Source of the DNA: an uncultured Gemmatimonadaceae bacterium
GTDB lineage: Bacteria > Gemmatimonadota > Gemmatimonadetes > Gemmatimonadales > GWC2-71-9
Length of the DNA stretch: 64,000 nucleotides
Assembly: GCA_964518955.1 (NCBI GenBank)
Contig: CAZFHS010000029.1
Location: forward strand, 15,963-79,962
Direction: 5' to 3'
This document shows positions 43,562 to 51,289 of the stretch, in pieces. A program made the translations under genes and the position numbers. Numbering within the stretch: the stretch's first letter is position 1; every line of letters begins with the position of its first letter. The notes under the pieces were generated by a model. It saw only the letters and a list, made by a program, of their open reading frames with translations, made no database searches and was not told the DNA's origin.

Positions 43562-44545
43562 TCAGCGGTGAGCCTCCACCAGGTCGCGCACCTGGATCAT
43601 GGAGAAGCTGTACGTCCGGCCGAGCCTACCGATACGCTCAGTGATCGGGATCCGAGTGGGGATACCTAGCTCACTGTACAGAAGTATTCGTGGTACGCCG
43701 AGCGCCACTATTTCCGCTAGTGTCATTGACCCTCGAATGTCGGCTAGACCAGCCTGGCTCTCGGCGTGATCTGTATGTGACTCCTCCTGCGCGGGTTCAG
43801 CGGCCGCAGTTGGTGCTGGGTTCTCAGGCTCTGTCAATGTCAAAGTTCTGACATCAGACCTGGTCTCAGAATCCACCACAGTTGGCATTCTATCCTCTGG
43901 CTCCACCTCGGTAGCCCGGTCCGAGTCGTGTCCCGCTATGCCCAACTCCACTATCGCTCGAATCTCTTCGACAGATAGACCGTTGTCCCTGGCAACACGG
44001 CCTAGCCGGTCATCTGTCGAGACATCACTCGGTAGTCCCATTTCTCGTACAAGGAACTGGAGATGTACACCAGTTGCCTCGATCACATCTCCCAGAGTCA
44101 TCGACCCCTGAATGAGCTCCGCATCCGTACTCAGGTCCCAACGGGGCTCTATTGTGCCCCTCGCACTACTGCCGCTATCGACGGGACTAATCAGCGGTGC
44201 AGCAGCAATCGCCAGCAGTGCCACGAGACCGAGAATGCCGAGCCCCACCCTCGCACCAGTCCCATCTCGCGGGCGCCCCCTCAGCACGGAGACGATCCAC
44301 TTCCAATGCAAGTACACATGAAGTGCCAGAGACGTAAGGAAACCAACGGAGATCCAAAAGTGGATGTTGCCCCATTGGTGGCGGTCCAGGCCCCAAAGCG
44401 TGGTGGAATGCCCACTGCCAGCAGGCAGCAGAAACTCCATAATGATCCCGGTCGCTACCAGGAAAACGAACAGAGCGAACGCAGCGGCGTCCACCAAGAA
44501 GTTCAAGTTCGACCGTTTCATCTCTCCTACCATCTCCTTTGCCAA
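43562..44545 (-). CDS. DUF4405-domain membrane protein with duplicated C-terminal soluble module
   Basis: N-terminal NFLVDAAAFALFVFLVATGIIM...HFWISVGF...HVYLHWKW (DUF4405-like). Two C-terminal segments both start GSMTL (GSMTLGDVIEATGV..., GSMTLAEIVALGV...). Confidence 0.5.
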   Translation of the reverse strand: MAKEMVGEMKRSNLNFLVDAAAFALFVFLVATGIIMEFLLPAGSGHSTTLWGLDRHQWGNIHFWISVGFLTSLALHVYLHWKWIVSVLRGRPRDGTGARVGLGILGLVALLAIAAAPLISPVDSGSSARGTIEPRWDLSTDAELIQGSMTLGDVIEATGVHLQFLVREMGLPSDVSTDDRLGRVARDNGLSVEEIRAIVELGIAGHDSDRATEVEPEDRMPTVVDSETRSDVRTLTLTEPENPAPTAAAEPAQEESHTDHAESQAGLADIRGSMTLAEIVALGVPRILLYSELGIPTRIPITERIGRLGRTYSFSMIQVRDLVEAHR

Positions 44546-44617
44546 CGCCTGCGAATGATCGGCCTTGGGCGGTTCAGCAACCTCTACAATCGAAGAGGTC
44601 GAAACGTTGAACGGAGA

Positions 44618-46066
44618 CTACGACACTCCTGAGCGGAGTTGGGTCCAAGCTTTCTGACCCGCACTCGACGAGAGCCACATTTGCGCAGTGATGAGGATCG
44701 AAGATGTGAGACACCAAGCACAAGTGGCGCCAATTACAAATGGTTCCAAGAAGGTGAGGTATATGGAGAACAGCGTGCCCAATGTCGCCATGGCCAACAA
44801 AGACACTATCGCCCAGCGCGCAACTGAGTCGTTCGCGTACCGCGAGGCAGCCCATCCCAGTGCAATCGCCACATAGCCCATGAGCCCCAACGCTCCCACG
44901 GGCAACACTCCGAACAGTCTCGCGTATTCACTCTGATTGACTGTATTGCAGTCACCTACCGGCCCGCACACCGCAGTCACCCCCGTCGCTTCTATGTACG
45001 TCAGGTAGCCAGCCACACCAACCCCAATCAGAGCAAACACAGGTACCAAAAGACCTCTACTCCATTCTGCTGGCATCAAATGCGGCCTGACCCAGACTAC
45101 GATAACGCTGACGATCATTAGAACGAGGACCACAACAGAGAAACCGTTGCCAACGGGGTCGAGCTGAAAGTTCTCGATCATAGACAGATCACGTGTCGGC
45201 ACGACGTCAAAAGCCGACGGATCGACCGCATCCGAATCCGGTGCCGCTTCCACCACCTCTTCCACTGCTGTGTCTGCAGGCACCTCGGCCAACCCTTCGT
45301 CCTCAAGGTCGCTCAATTCGGCAGCTGGCGGTGTAGCCGGCGCCTGCTCGGGCATAGGCGTCTCCTCCGGCGGAGGCACCGCACTATCCACTGCCGTTGG
45401 CGCAGGTTCGGACGTAGGCGTCTCCTCCGGCAGAGGCACCGCACTATCCACGGCCACTGGCGCAGGTTCGGACGTAGGCGTCTCCTCCGGCGGAGGCACC
45501 GCACTATCTACCGTAACTGGCGCCGGTTCTGGGGCGACATCCTGCGGTTGCACTACAGCTACTTGCGCGAGTGCGGGCACTGACGCCAGAGCCTCATCCA
45601 GTCCGTCCATCACAGGCCACCCAATCCCACCATGCTCCAAGCCCTGCCGAACCAGGTCGCCGGTGCGTAGGGGAATCTCCCTTGCGCCAACCATGTACTC
45701 GTCACCGATCACCAGCCGCGGCACACCTCCTCGCTCAGGCGGGATCAGTAGGCTGCGAGCGGAGGCCATATACAGTTCGGATCCGATTGCTTTTGAAGCA
45801 TCGACGAGGAGCAGCTGCAACCTGTCATTATAAAAGAGGATCAGACCGCGTTCTGGTGGAGGAACCGATTCATCGGCTATCACACTGGGTTGCCCGCCGA
45901 ACTCCCGAAAAAGGGCCGGCAGGTAGCCTGTGATCACCTGATGGCAGTGCTGGCAGGTAGGTGAGAAAAACAGCACGGCCTGGGCCGTTTGCGCCTCAGT
46001 AGCGCGGATACCTCCTGCGATAGCCAGGAGTACGGCCAACATCGCAACTCTCCGCACAAAGCGCAT
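44618..46066 (-). CDS. thioredoxin-like domain / Pro-rich repeat linker / vitamin K epoxide reductase (VKOR) fusion protein
   Basis: Start taken at ATG 46066 (MRFVRRVAMLAVLLAIAGG signal). Thioredoxin-like FFSPTCQHCH. C-terminal 4-5 transmembrane VKOR domain with VCGPVGDC and CAWC motifs. Confidence 0.75.
   Translation of the reverse strand: MRFVRRVAMLAVLLAIAGGIRATEAQTAQAVLFFSPTCQHCHQVITGYLPALFREFGGQPSVIADESVPPPERGLILFYNDRLQLLLVDASKAIGSELYMASARSLLIPPERGGVPRLVIGDEYMVGAREIPLRTGDLVRQGLEHGGIGWPVMDGLDEALASVPALAQVAVVQPQDVAPEPAPVTVDSAVPPPEETPTSEPAPVAVDSAVPLPEETPTSEPAPTAVDSAVPPPEETPMPEQAPATPPAAELSDLEDEGLAEVPADTAVEEVVEAAPDSDAVDPSAFDVVPTRDLSMIENFQLDPVGNGFSVVVLVLMIVSVIVVWVRPHLMPAEWSRGLLVPVFALIGVGVAGYLTYIEATGVTAVCGPVGDCNTVNQSEYARLFGVLPVGALGLMGYVAIALGWAASRYANDSVARWAIVSLLAMATLGTLFSIYLTFLEPFVIGATCAWCLTSSILITAQMWLSSSAGQKAWTQLRSGVS
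45351..45528. repeat. coding tandem repeat, about 3 x 60 nt
   Basis: Three near-identical 60-nt units encode PAPVTVDSAVPPPEETPTSE / PAPVAVDSAVPLPEETPTSE / PAPTAVDSAVPPPEETPMPE in the VKOR fusion linker. Boundaries approximate. Confidence 0.85.
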
Positions 46067-46116
46067 CTTCGATACCTCGCCGTACAGTTTGCCACTTTGC
46101 TGCCGGCAAGAGTGGT

Positions 46117-46593
46117 TCAGCCCAGATTCCCAGCTCGACCGTCGCTTCGGCTTGGGAACGAGAGGGTGAACTTCAGCTCGCCGACACCGTCGCTCTCCCA
46201 AAGCAACGATCCCCCCTGCCCTTCAATTATGTCTCTCACGATCGGAAGCGGAAGCCCCGTGCCTGCCTTTTTCAATTTCTCGGTAAACAACGAATCGTGA
46301 GGTCGACGATTACCGCCATCTTGGTCTTCAGCGCCAAAGGTAGCGACAGTGACTATCACTGCCCCTTCAGAATCGGCTTTGCTGACAATGTTCACGACTC
46401 CGACGCCATGCAAATGGGAAACCGCATTCACTATCATCGAGAAGAACACGTAGCGGAGCAGCGAACTATCGGCGTGTACGGATTCGACCATCGGGTCCAG
46501 TGCCTGAACCAACTGTATCTTCGAAAGCGGTATCCGCTCCGCGGCATACAGCTCCGCGGCTTCGATGACTTCGTTCACCAATACCGATTCCAT
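46117..46593 (-). CDS. stand-alone HATPase_c (histidine-kinase-like ATPase) domain protein without H-box
   Basis: N-box-like IVNAVSH and G2-box GTGLPLPIVRDIIEGQGGSL. Start moved to ATG 46593 (MESVLVNEV) to avoid an 82-nt overlap with the CGGC gene. No HisKA region is present. Confidence 0.5.
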   Translation of the reverse strand: MESVLVNEVIEAAELYAAERIPLSKIQLVQALDPMVESVHADSSLLRYVFFSMIVNAVSHLHGVGVVNIVSKADSEGAVIVTVATFGAEDQDGGNRRPHDSLFTEKLKKAGTGLPLPIVRDIIEGQGGSLLWESDGVGELKFTLSFPSRSDGRAGNLG

Positions 46594-46619
46594 CCTAGCC
46601 TCGTCCTCCACCGCATTCG

Positions 46620-47048
46620 TCAGTCGTACGCACAACGAGTCTCCTCGGTCGATAGCAGCTCGTGCCGAGCCCCGAGTTCCGGCCACGATGACAACTCGCA
46701 ATGGATTTTGCGGTACTTCTCAGGAATCGGATGTGTTCCTAAAACAACGGGAACGTTGAACTTCTTTTCCACGAAGGATTTGAAGTATTCGGTGTAGGGA
46801 CACGGAGGGTACCCCACCACGAGACCAGTGGCCAGGTGAATTGCCTCGGCGCCGTTGTTGATCATCTCTTCCGGGGCATATTCGATATTTCCGCCAGGGC
46901 AACCTCCACAACTCACGAAGCCAATCACCTCCAGGTCGGCCTCTGAGGAGTATTTCGCAAATGCCCCCTCTCGTTCCCGCACGGAACGGAAACACTTGCC
47001 GCCCGCACAATCGCTGTACCTGTCGCAAATGATGATGCCAACCTTCAT
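46620..47048 (-). CDS. CGGC-domain protein
   Basis: MKVGIIICDRYSDCAGGKCF... and FVSCGGCPG (the CGGC motif). Start ATG 47048 with SD GGAGGA. Confidence 0.75.
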   Translation of the reverse strand: MKVGIIICDRYSDCAGGKCFRSVREREGAFAKYSSEADLEVIGFVSCGGCPGGNIEYAPEEMINNGAEAIHLATGLVVGYPPCPYTEYFKSFVEKKFNVPVVLGTHPIPEKYRKIHCELSSWPELGARHELLSTEETRCAYD

Positions 47049-47078
47049 ATCAATCCTCCAAGGCATGCTTTTAACAAC

Positions 47079-47417
47079 TCAGTGATCACAGGTGTTTTCT
47101 CCCACTTCGAGAGTCCCGTTCAGGTGCGCCAGGACGAGTTCATCGGGCTTCTCGGGCGGAGCACCCACTATCACGTCGATGCCTTGCTCAGCGAACAGTC
47201 CTTTCGCCCTTCCGCCCATCCCACCCGCGATCACCACATTTGCGCCTCGATCGGCGAGCCACCTCGGCAGCAAACCCGGCTGGTGGGGAGGAGCGTCGAC
47301 CTCTCCTCGTTCCGTGATCTTCATCGAATCGGTGTCAGCATCTATCAGAGCGAAGCTCTGGCAGTGGCCAAAGTGAGAGCACAGCCTTCCATCGGCCAGC
47401 GGAATTGCAAACCTCAT
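47079..47417 (-). CDS. NifX/NifB-C-terminal-like (dinitrogenase FeMo-cofactor-binding fold, MTH1175-like) protein
   Basis: MRFAIPLADGRLCSHFGHCQSFALIDAD... and VIAGGMGGRA, typical of the PF02579-type small proteins. Confidence 0.8.
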   Translation of the reverse strand: MRFAIPLADGRLCSHFGHCQSFALIDADTDSMKITERGEVDAPPHQPGLLPRWLADRGANVVIAGGMGGRAKGLFAEQGIDVIVGAPPEKPDELVLAHLNGTLEVGENTCDH

Positions 47418-47469
47418 GATCTCAAACTCCTTCCTTGTTTTCCCAAGCTCTGTTCCGGAACCGGAGCAC

Positions 47470-48396
47470 TCAACAACCGATCCCTCTTTGCATGCAAATA
47501 TCCCGCACCTTCATCCACACATTCCGCATATCGTCAGAGGCAGCTCCTCCAGCCTCCGTTGCTGATCTAGCTTCGAGCTGTGACTGCGTTACCATCTCGT
47601 CGTACCTCACCCTCCCTGCAACATCAGCATTCAACTCGATCGCCCTCTGCTCGATCCGGTCTGCCATTGCCGGGTTCACGTCCCACTTGTTGATGCATAT
47701 TGCCGCCGGGATCCCAAAGTGCTTCGTCAGTTGAAGGACCCGTTCGAGATCGTGTTCACCCGAGACGGTCGGTTCAGTGACGATTAGCACCATCGACGCG
47801 CCCGTCACGGATGCGATCACGGGACAGCCGACACCGGGCGGCCCATCGACAATGACCAACGAATACCCTCGCACGGCTGCCACCTTCTGAGCTTCCGTGC
47901 GGACGGTCGCCACCAATTTCCCCGAGTTCCCCTCCGCAATTCCCAACCTCGCGTGCACCATCGGGCCGGCGCGCGTATCAGAGATGAACCACTCTCCGCA
48001 ATTCCGTTCGGGGAACTCGATTGCTTCCTGGGGGCAGAAGCGCACGCATACACCGCAGCCCTCACAGGCTATGGGATCGATCGAGTAGAGGCCGTTTCCA
48101 TCGCTGTTGCCATTGGTGGAAACCGCTCCAAACCGACAATGCGAGAGGCAGTCGCCGCATTCGATACAGAGTTCGTTGCGGATGTTGGCCACGCGTCCGC
48201 TGACAAACGGTTCCAGTCGGATCACGTCCGGTGATAGGAGTAAGTGGAGGTCGGCAGCATCAACATCGCAATCCGCCAACACCGCATTCTCCGCGAGAGT
48301 CGCAAACGAGGCGACGATGCTCGTCTTGCCGGTACCACCTTTGCCGCTAATGACCACCAGCTCCGGTGTGCGGGAGGGCACTCGAGTCTGCATCAT
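47470..48396 (-). CDS. MinD/ParA-superfamily P-loop ATPase with inserted 4Fe-4S ferredoxin domain (COG1149-like)
   Basis: Deviant Walker A VISGKGGTGKTS. Inserted CIECGDCLSHC ... CEGCGVCVRFCP. ATGA overlap with the upstream paralogue. Confidence 0.85.
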   Translation of the reverse strand: MMQTRVPSRTPELVVISGKGGTGKTSIVASFATLAENAVLADCDVDAADLHLLLSPDVIRLEPFVSGRVANIRNELCIECGDCLSHCRFGAVSTNGNSDGNGLYSIDPIACEGCGVCVRFCPQEAIEFPERNCGEWFISDTRAGPMVHARLGIAEGNSGKLVATVRTEAQKVAAVRGYSLVIVDGPPGVGCPVIASVTGASMVLIVTEPTVSGEHDLERVLQLTKHFGIPAAICINKWDVNPAMADRIEQRAIELNADVAGRVRYDEMVTQSQLEARSATEAGGAASDDMRNVWMKVRDICMQRGIGC

Positions 48397-49295
48397 TGCC
48401 CCCCTCCCGAACCGTCGACGACGCCCGCCGCCAGAGCGTGTTCGTCAATCATTCCGGCGCCTCGACAGTGGTCGACGATTGCCTGCCAAAGAGTCTCGAA
48501 CTCTAAACGGCATTCTGGTAATCCTTCGATCATCGTCTGACCACGGGAGTACGCCTCGGCAACACGCCTGTCGTTTGGAATCTCGAGAAACACTGGGATG
48601 TTCTCTGCACGGCAATACTCCGACACACGATTGTCTCCAACCCCGGCCCTATTGATGACCACTCCAAACGGTATGCGCATCTCCCGAACCGCCCCGACTG
48701 CAAGCGACAGATCCGCCAGTCCAAACGGAGTTGGTTCCGTGACCAACACGACTATGTCGCAGTCGCGTACAGCTTCAATCACTGGACAGGACGTACCGGG
48801 CGGAGAGTCGATGATCGTCGTACCACCTGCGTCGGCCCGCTGTTTGACGGCCGAGATGAGGGGCGGTGACATCGCTTCACCGACGTTGAGCTTGCCTTGT
48901 ATGAACTCGATCTCCCCAGCCCGGCCCTTCTCAACTACCCCGATCGGCCGTTCTACCTCGCTGATCGCGCCCGACGGGCAAACCTTCGCGCACCCTCCAC
49001 AACCATGACACAGTTCCGGAAATACCATGGCGGTGGTCCCGAGCGAAATGATGGCGTTGAACTCACAGAAGTTGCCGCATTCCCCGCACGCTGAGCACAG
49101 CGACTCGTCCACGCTGGGAATGGGTATGCCGATCGTTTCTGAATCCTCGAGCTCCGGCGAGAGAAAGAGTGCGCAATTGGGTTCCTCGACATCGCAGTCG
49201 AGCAATTGCACGCGCCCCGGCACGACCTGGGCGAGATTCACGGCAACCGTGGTTTTCCCAGTGCCACCCTTTCCTGACGCAATGGCGACTCTCAT
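48393..49295 (-). CDS. MinD/ParA-superfamily P-loop ATPase with inserted 4Fe-4S ferredoxin domain (paralogue)
   Basis: Start at ATG 49295 (MRVAIASGKGGTGKTTVA), directly abutting the DUF89 stop. CSACGECGNFC ... CHGCGGCAKVCP. Confidence 0.85.
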   Translation of the reverse strand: MRVAIASGKGGTGKTTVAVNLAQVVPGRVQLLDCDVEEPNCALFLSPELEDSETIGIPIPSVDESLCSACGECGNFCEFNAIISLGTTAMVFPELCHGCGGCAKVCPSGAISEVERPIGVVEKGRAGEIEFIQGKLNVGEAMSPPLISAVKQRADAGGTTIIDSPPGTSCPVIEAVRDCDIVVLVTEPTPFGLADLSLAVGAVREMRIPFGVVINRAGVGDNRVSEYCRAENIPVFLEIPNDRRVAEAYSRGQTMIEGLPECRLEFETLWQAIVDHCRGAGMIDEHALAAGVVDGSGGGQ

Positions 49296-50173
49296 CGCTG
49301 CACCGCACTCGCGGCTTCTGGTTCCCAGTGTCTGACCAACCAATCGCCCACATCTGCTTCCAGACTGCGAGCGATCACCGGGCATTTGACCTGTGTCAGA
49401 AAGAAGACTTCTCGGTCACAATCGTTCAACGTTTCGATGTTCGCCTGACCTTTGGCGATCACGAGGTCTGCTGTATCGAAAATCTCGCGGAAGCCGGGGC
49501 TGCAGAGTTCCAAGATCGTACCAGGTGCGTCGGAGCCAGTATCGACCACACGGGCGATACGATTGATGCCGACTGCTTCGGCATCTTCACGTATTGCGTC
49601 ATTGATCACTGGACCACCTTTAACGGCATAGGTCACCGACTTTGCCGGCATTTGCTCGATCAGAACTCGGTCGAATACCGTCTCTCCAGCATTGTCTCCT
49701 ATGATCAAGACATTGGTCGCGCTCACAGCGGAATCTCGAAGCTCACGCACAGCATCATCATCGAGCGGCGTTGACAGCGCGTCGTCAAAGCAACTGTTGA
49801 TCTTATCCAGATCCCACGCTGAGGTGAGCGCGTAATCCATCACGTTGCCGGCTATCGCAAACCGTACCGCAGCATTGAACGGATCGATTTGGCGTTCAAC
49901 TGTGTTCACTACTCGTTCGTACAGACTCAGTGCGGCCCTGGTCGATTTGCGTTTTATGCTCTCGTACGGATCGGCAGAACCCGTGACTTCCCGGATGATT
50001 TTGTGGATCTCCCGGCCCATGTATGGCGGTGGCATATCCAAACGCAGGTGGTTGGTTGCTTCGAGCACGCGGCGCATCACACGCTCAGCGACAGCGTCAT
50101 CATCAGACACCATGCGCGACGCCTCGAGTGCCTGACGAAGGAAGCACGGGATACAATCGAGATAGGTTTTCAA
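49292..50173 (-). CDS. DUF89 (ARMT1-like damage-control phosphatase) family protein
   Basis: The MKTYLDCIPCFLRQALEA N-terminus and overall size (293 aa) are typical of DUF89. Confidence 0.75.
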   Translation of the reverse strand: MKTYLDCIPCFLRQALEASRMVSDDDAVAERVMRRVLEATNHLRLDMPPPYMGREIHKIIREVTGSADPYESIKRKSTRAALSLYERVVNTVERQIDPFNAAVRFAIAGNVMDYALTSAWDLDKINSCFDDALSTPLDDDAVRELRDSAVSATNVLIIGDNAGETVFDRVLIEQMPAKSVTYAVKGGPVINDAIREDAEAVGINRIARVVDTGSDAPGTILELCSPGFREIFDTADLVIAKGQANIETLNDCDREVFFLTQVKCPVIARSLEADVGDWLVRHWEPEAASAVQR

Positions 50174-50176
50174 GAT

Positions 50177-50539
50177 CTACGTCCAGTGTCCTTCAACGTC
50201 CGCGGATTTGCTCGGTTTGACCTCGCCAGCCTTCAGCTTCTCCACCGCTTCGGCCACCGTCCCTTCAACGCCCGTGACGACCTTGATGCCGGCCGCTTCG
50301 AGTGCTCGGAACGCTTTCGGCCCGCAATGACCGGTTATCAGATACTCAGCGTTTCTGCTAGAAATCGTTTGTGCAGCTTGGATACCTGCACCCTGTGGCG
50401 CGCTGAAGTTCTGAGCGTTGTCGATCGTTTCATGTTCCCCGGTTTCTGTGTCGACGAGGACGAAGCTCGCAGCGCGCCCGAATCTCGGATCAATCGCTGA
50501 ATCGAGTGTCGTACCCACCGATGATACTGCGACTTTCAT
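50177..50539 (-). CDS. NifX/NifB-C-terminal-like (MTH1175-like) protein
   Basis: MKVAVSSVGTTLDSAIDPRFGRAASFVLVDTETGE... and ITGHCGPKAF motifs. Confidence 0.8.
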   Translation of the reverse strand: MKVAVSSVGTTLDSAIDPRFGRAASFVLVDTETGEHETIDNAQNFSAPQGAGIQAAQTISSRNAEYLITGHCGPKAFRALEAAGIKVVTGVEGTVAEAVEKLKAGEVKPSKSADVEGHWT

Positions 50540-50633
50540 CGTTGCCCTCTTTCATTACCTGGTTTCGTTGACCACCGCGGGCGAGGAAGGGCCGATGCCA
50601 GAGCCCTCCCCCGACGGAGCCCACGATGATCCT

Positions 50634-51107
50634 TCATACGGCATTGATCCCCCTACCAGCTACACATCTGCCACCGCCTCCACCACCAGTTCTACGATTC
50701 CCGTCCGTTCGCTTGAACGTGCGGCCCGCGCACCCTGGACATGCCTCCGGCCTGCCCGTTCCGAACGGCTCCTGCCACTCATGCCGGCATTCGAAGCAGC
50801 TGAACCTTCTCATCCCCGCCATTTCGACATCACCACCTTCGATTCGTATAGACATGCCTTCGACCAACGCCTGTGCGACTTTCTTCCTGGCAGACGAGAC
50901 GATCCTCCCGAATGTCTGGCGGGATACTTTCATCTGCTCGGCGGCATGTTCTTGATACAGACCCTCGAAATCAGCGAGCCGGATTGCTTCCAGTTCGTCG
51001 ATCTCAAGCACCAGTTCCTTCAGGCGCGACACAGGTACCCCGGCTGGCTTGAATAGCGCGCATCCCGGAAGTCCTCCAACTGTCCTGCATCGTCTTGGTC
51101 GCGGCAT
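50634..51107 (-). CDS. DUF134 (UPF0251) DNA-binding protein with C-terminal zinc-ribbon and Gly/Arg tail
   Basis: MPRPRRCR...FKPAGVP...[37 protein letters not shown] is the family signature. Then CFECRHEW...CPGC and a GGGGGGR tail. Start ATG 51107. Confidence 0.8.
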   Translation of the reverse strand: [157 protein letters not shown]

Positions 51108-51133
51108 AACACCTACCGACAAGGGTTCACTAC

Positions 51134-51168
51134 AATTATGGGCATATGCTCATAATTTCTCAAGATAC
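51134..51168 (-). promoter_or_regulatory. putative promoter with overlapping 24-bp palindrome upstream of the DUF134 gene
   Basis: The minus strand reads TTGAGA (51163..51158), a 17-nt spacer, then CATAAT (51140..51135). The near-perfect palindrome AATTATGGGCATATGCTCATAATT (51134..51157, 22/24) covers the spacer and the -10 element. Confidence 0.4.
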
Positions 51169-51289
51169 GTATTTACCGAAACGGCTGGTTGCACTGATCA
51201 GTACGCATAGGAATCTTTGGGTTGGCTGATTGCGGTTTACGTCATGTCTTGAACCTTCGCGTTAGTTGATCTCTTGTAGGAGGAAGTGA

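Noticed and set aside
45351-45528. The 60-nt tandem repeat as a non-coding satellite or CRISPR-like element
   Set aside because: It is in frame within a long ORF and encodes a coherent Pro/Glu-rich linker between two recognisable domains. It is therefore a coding repeat.
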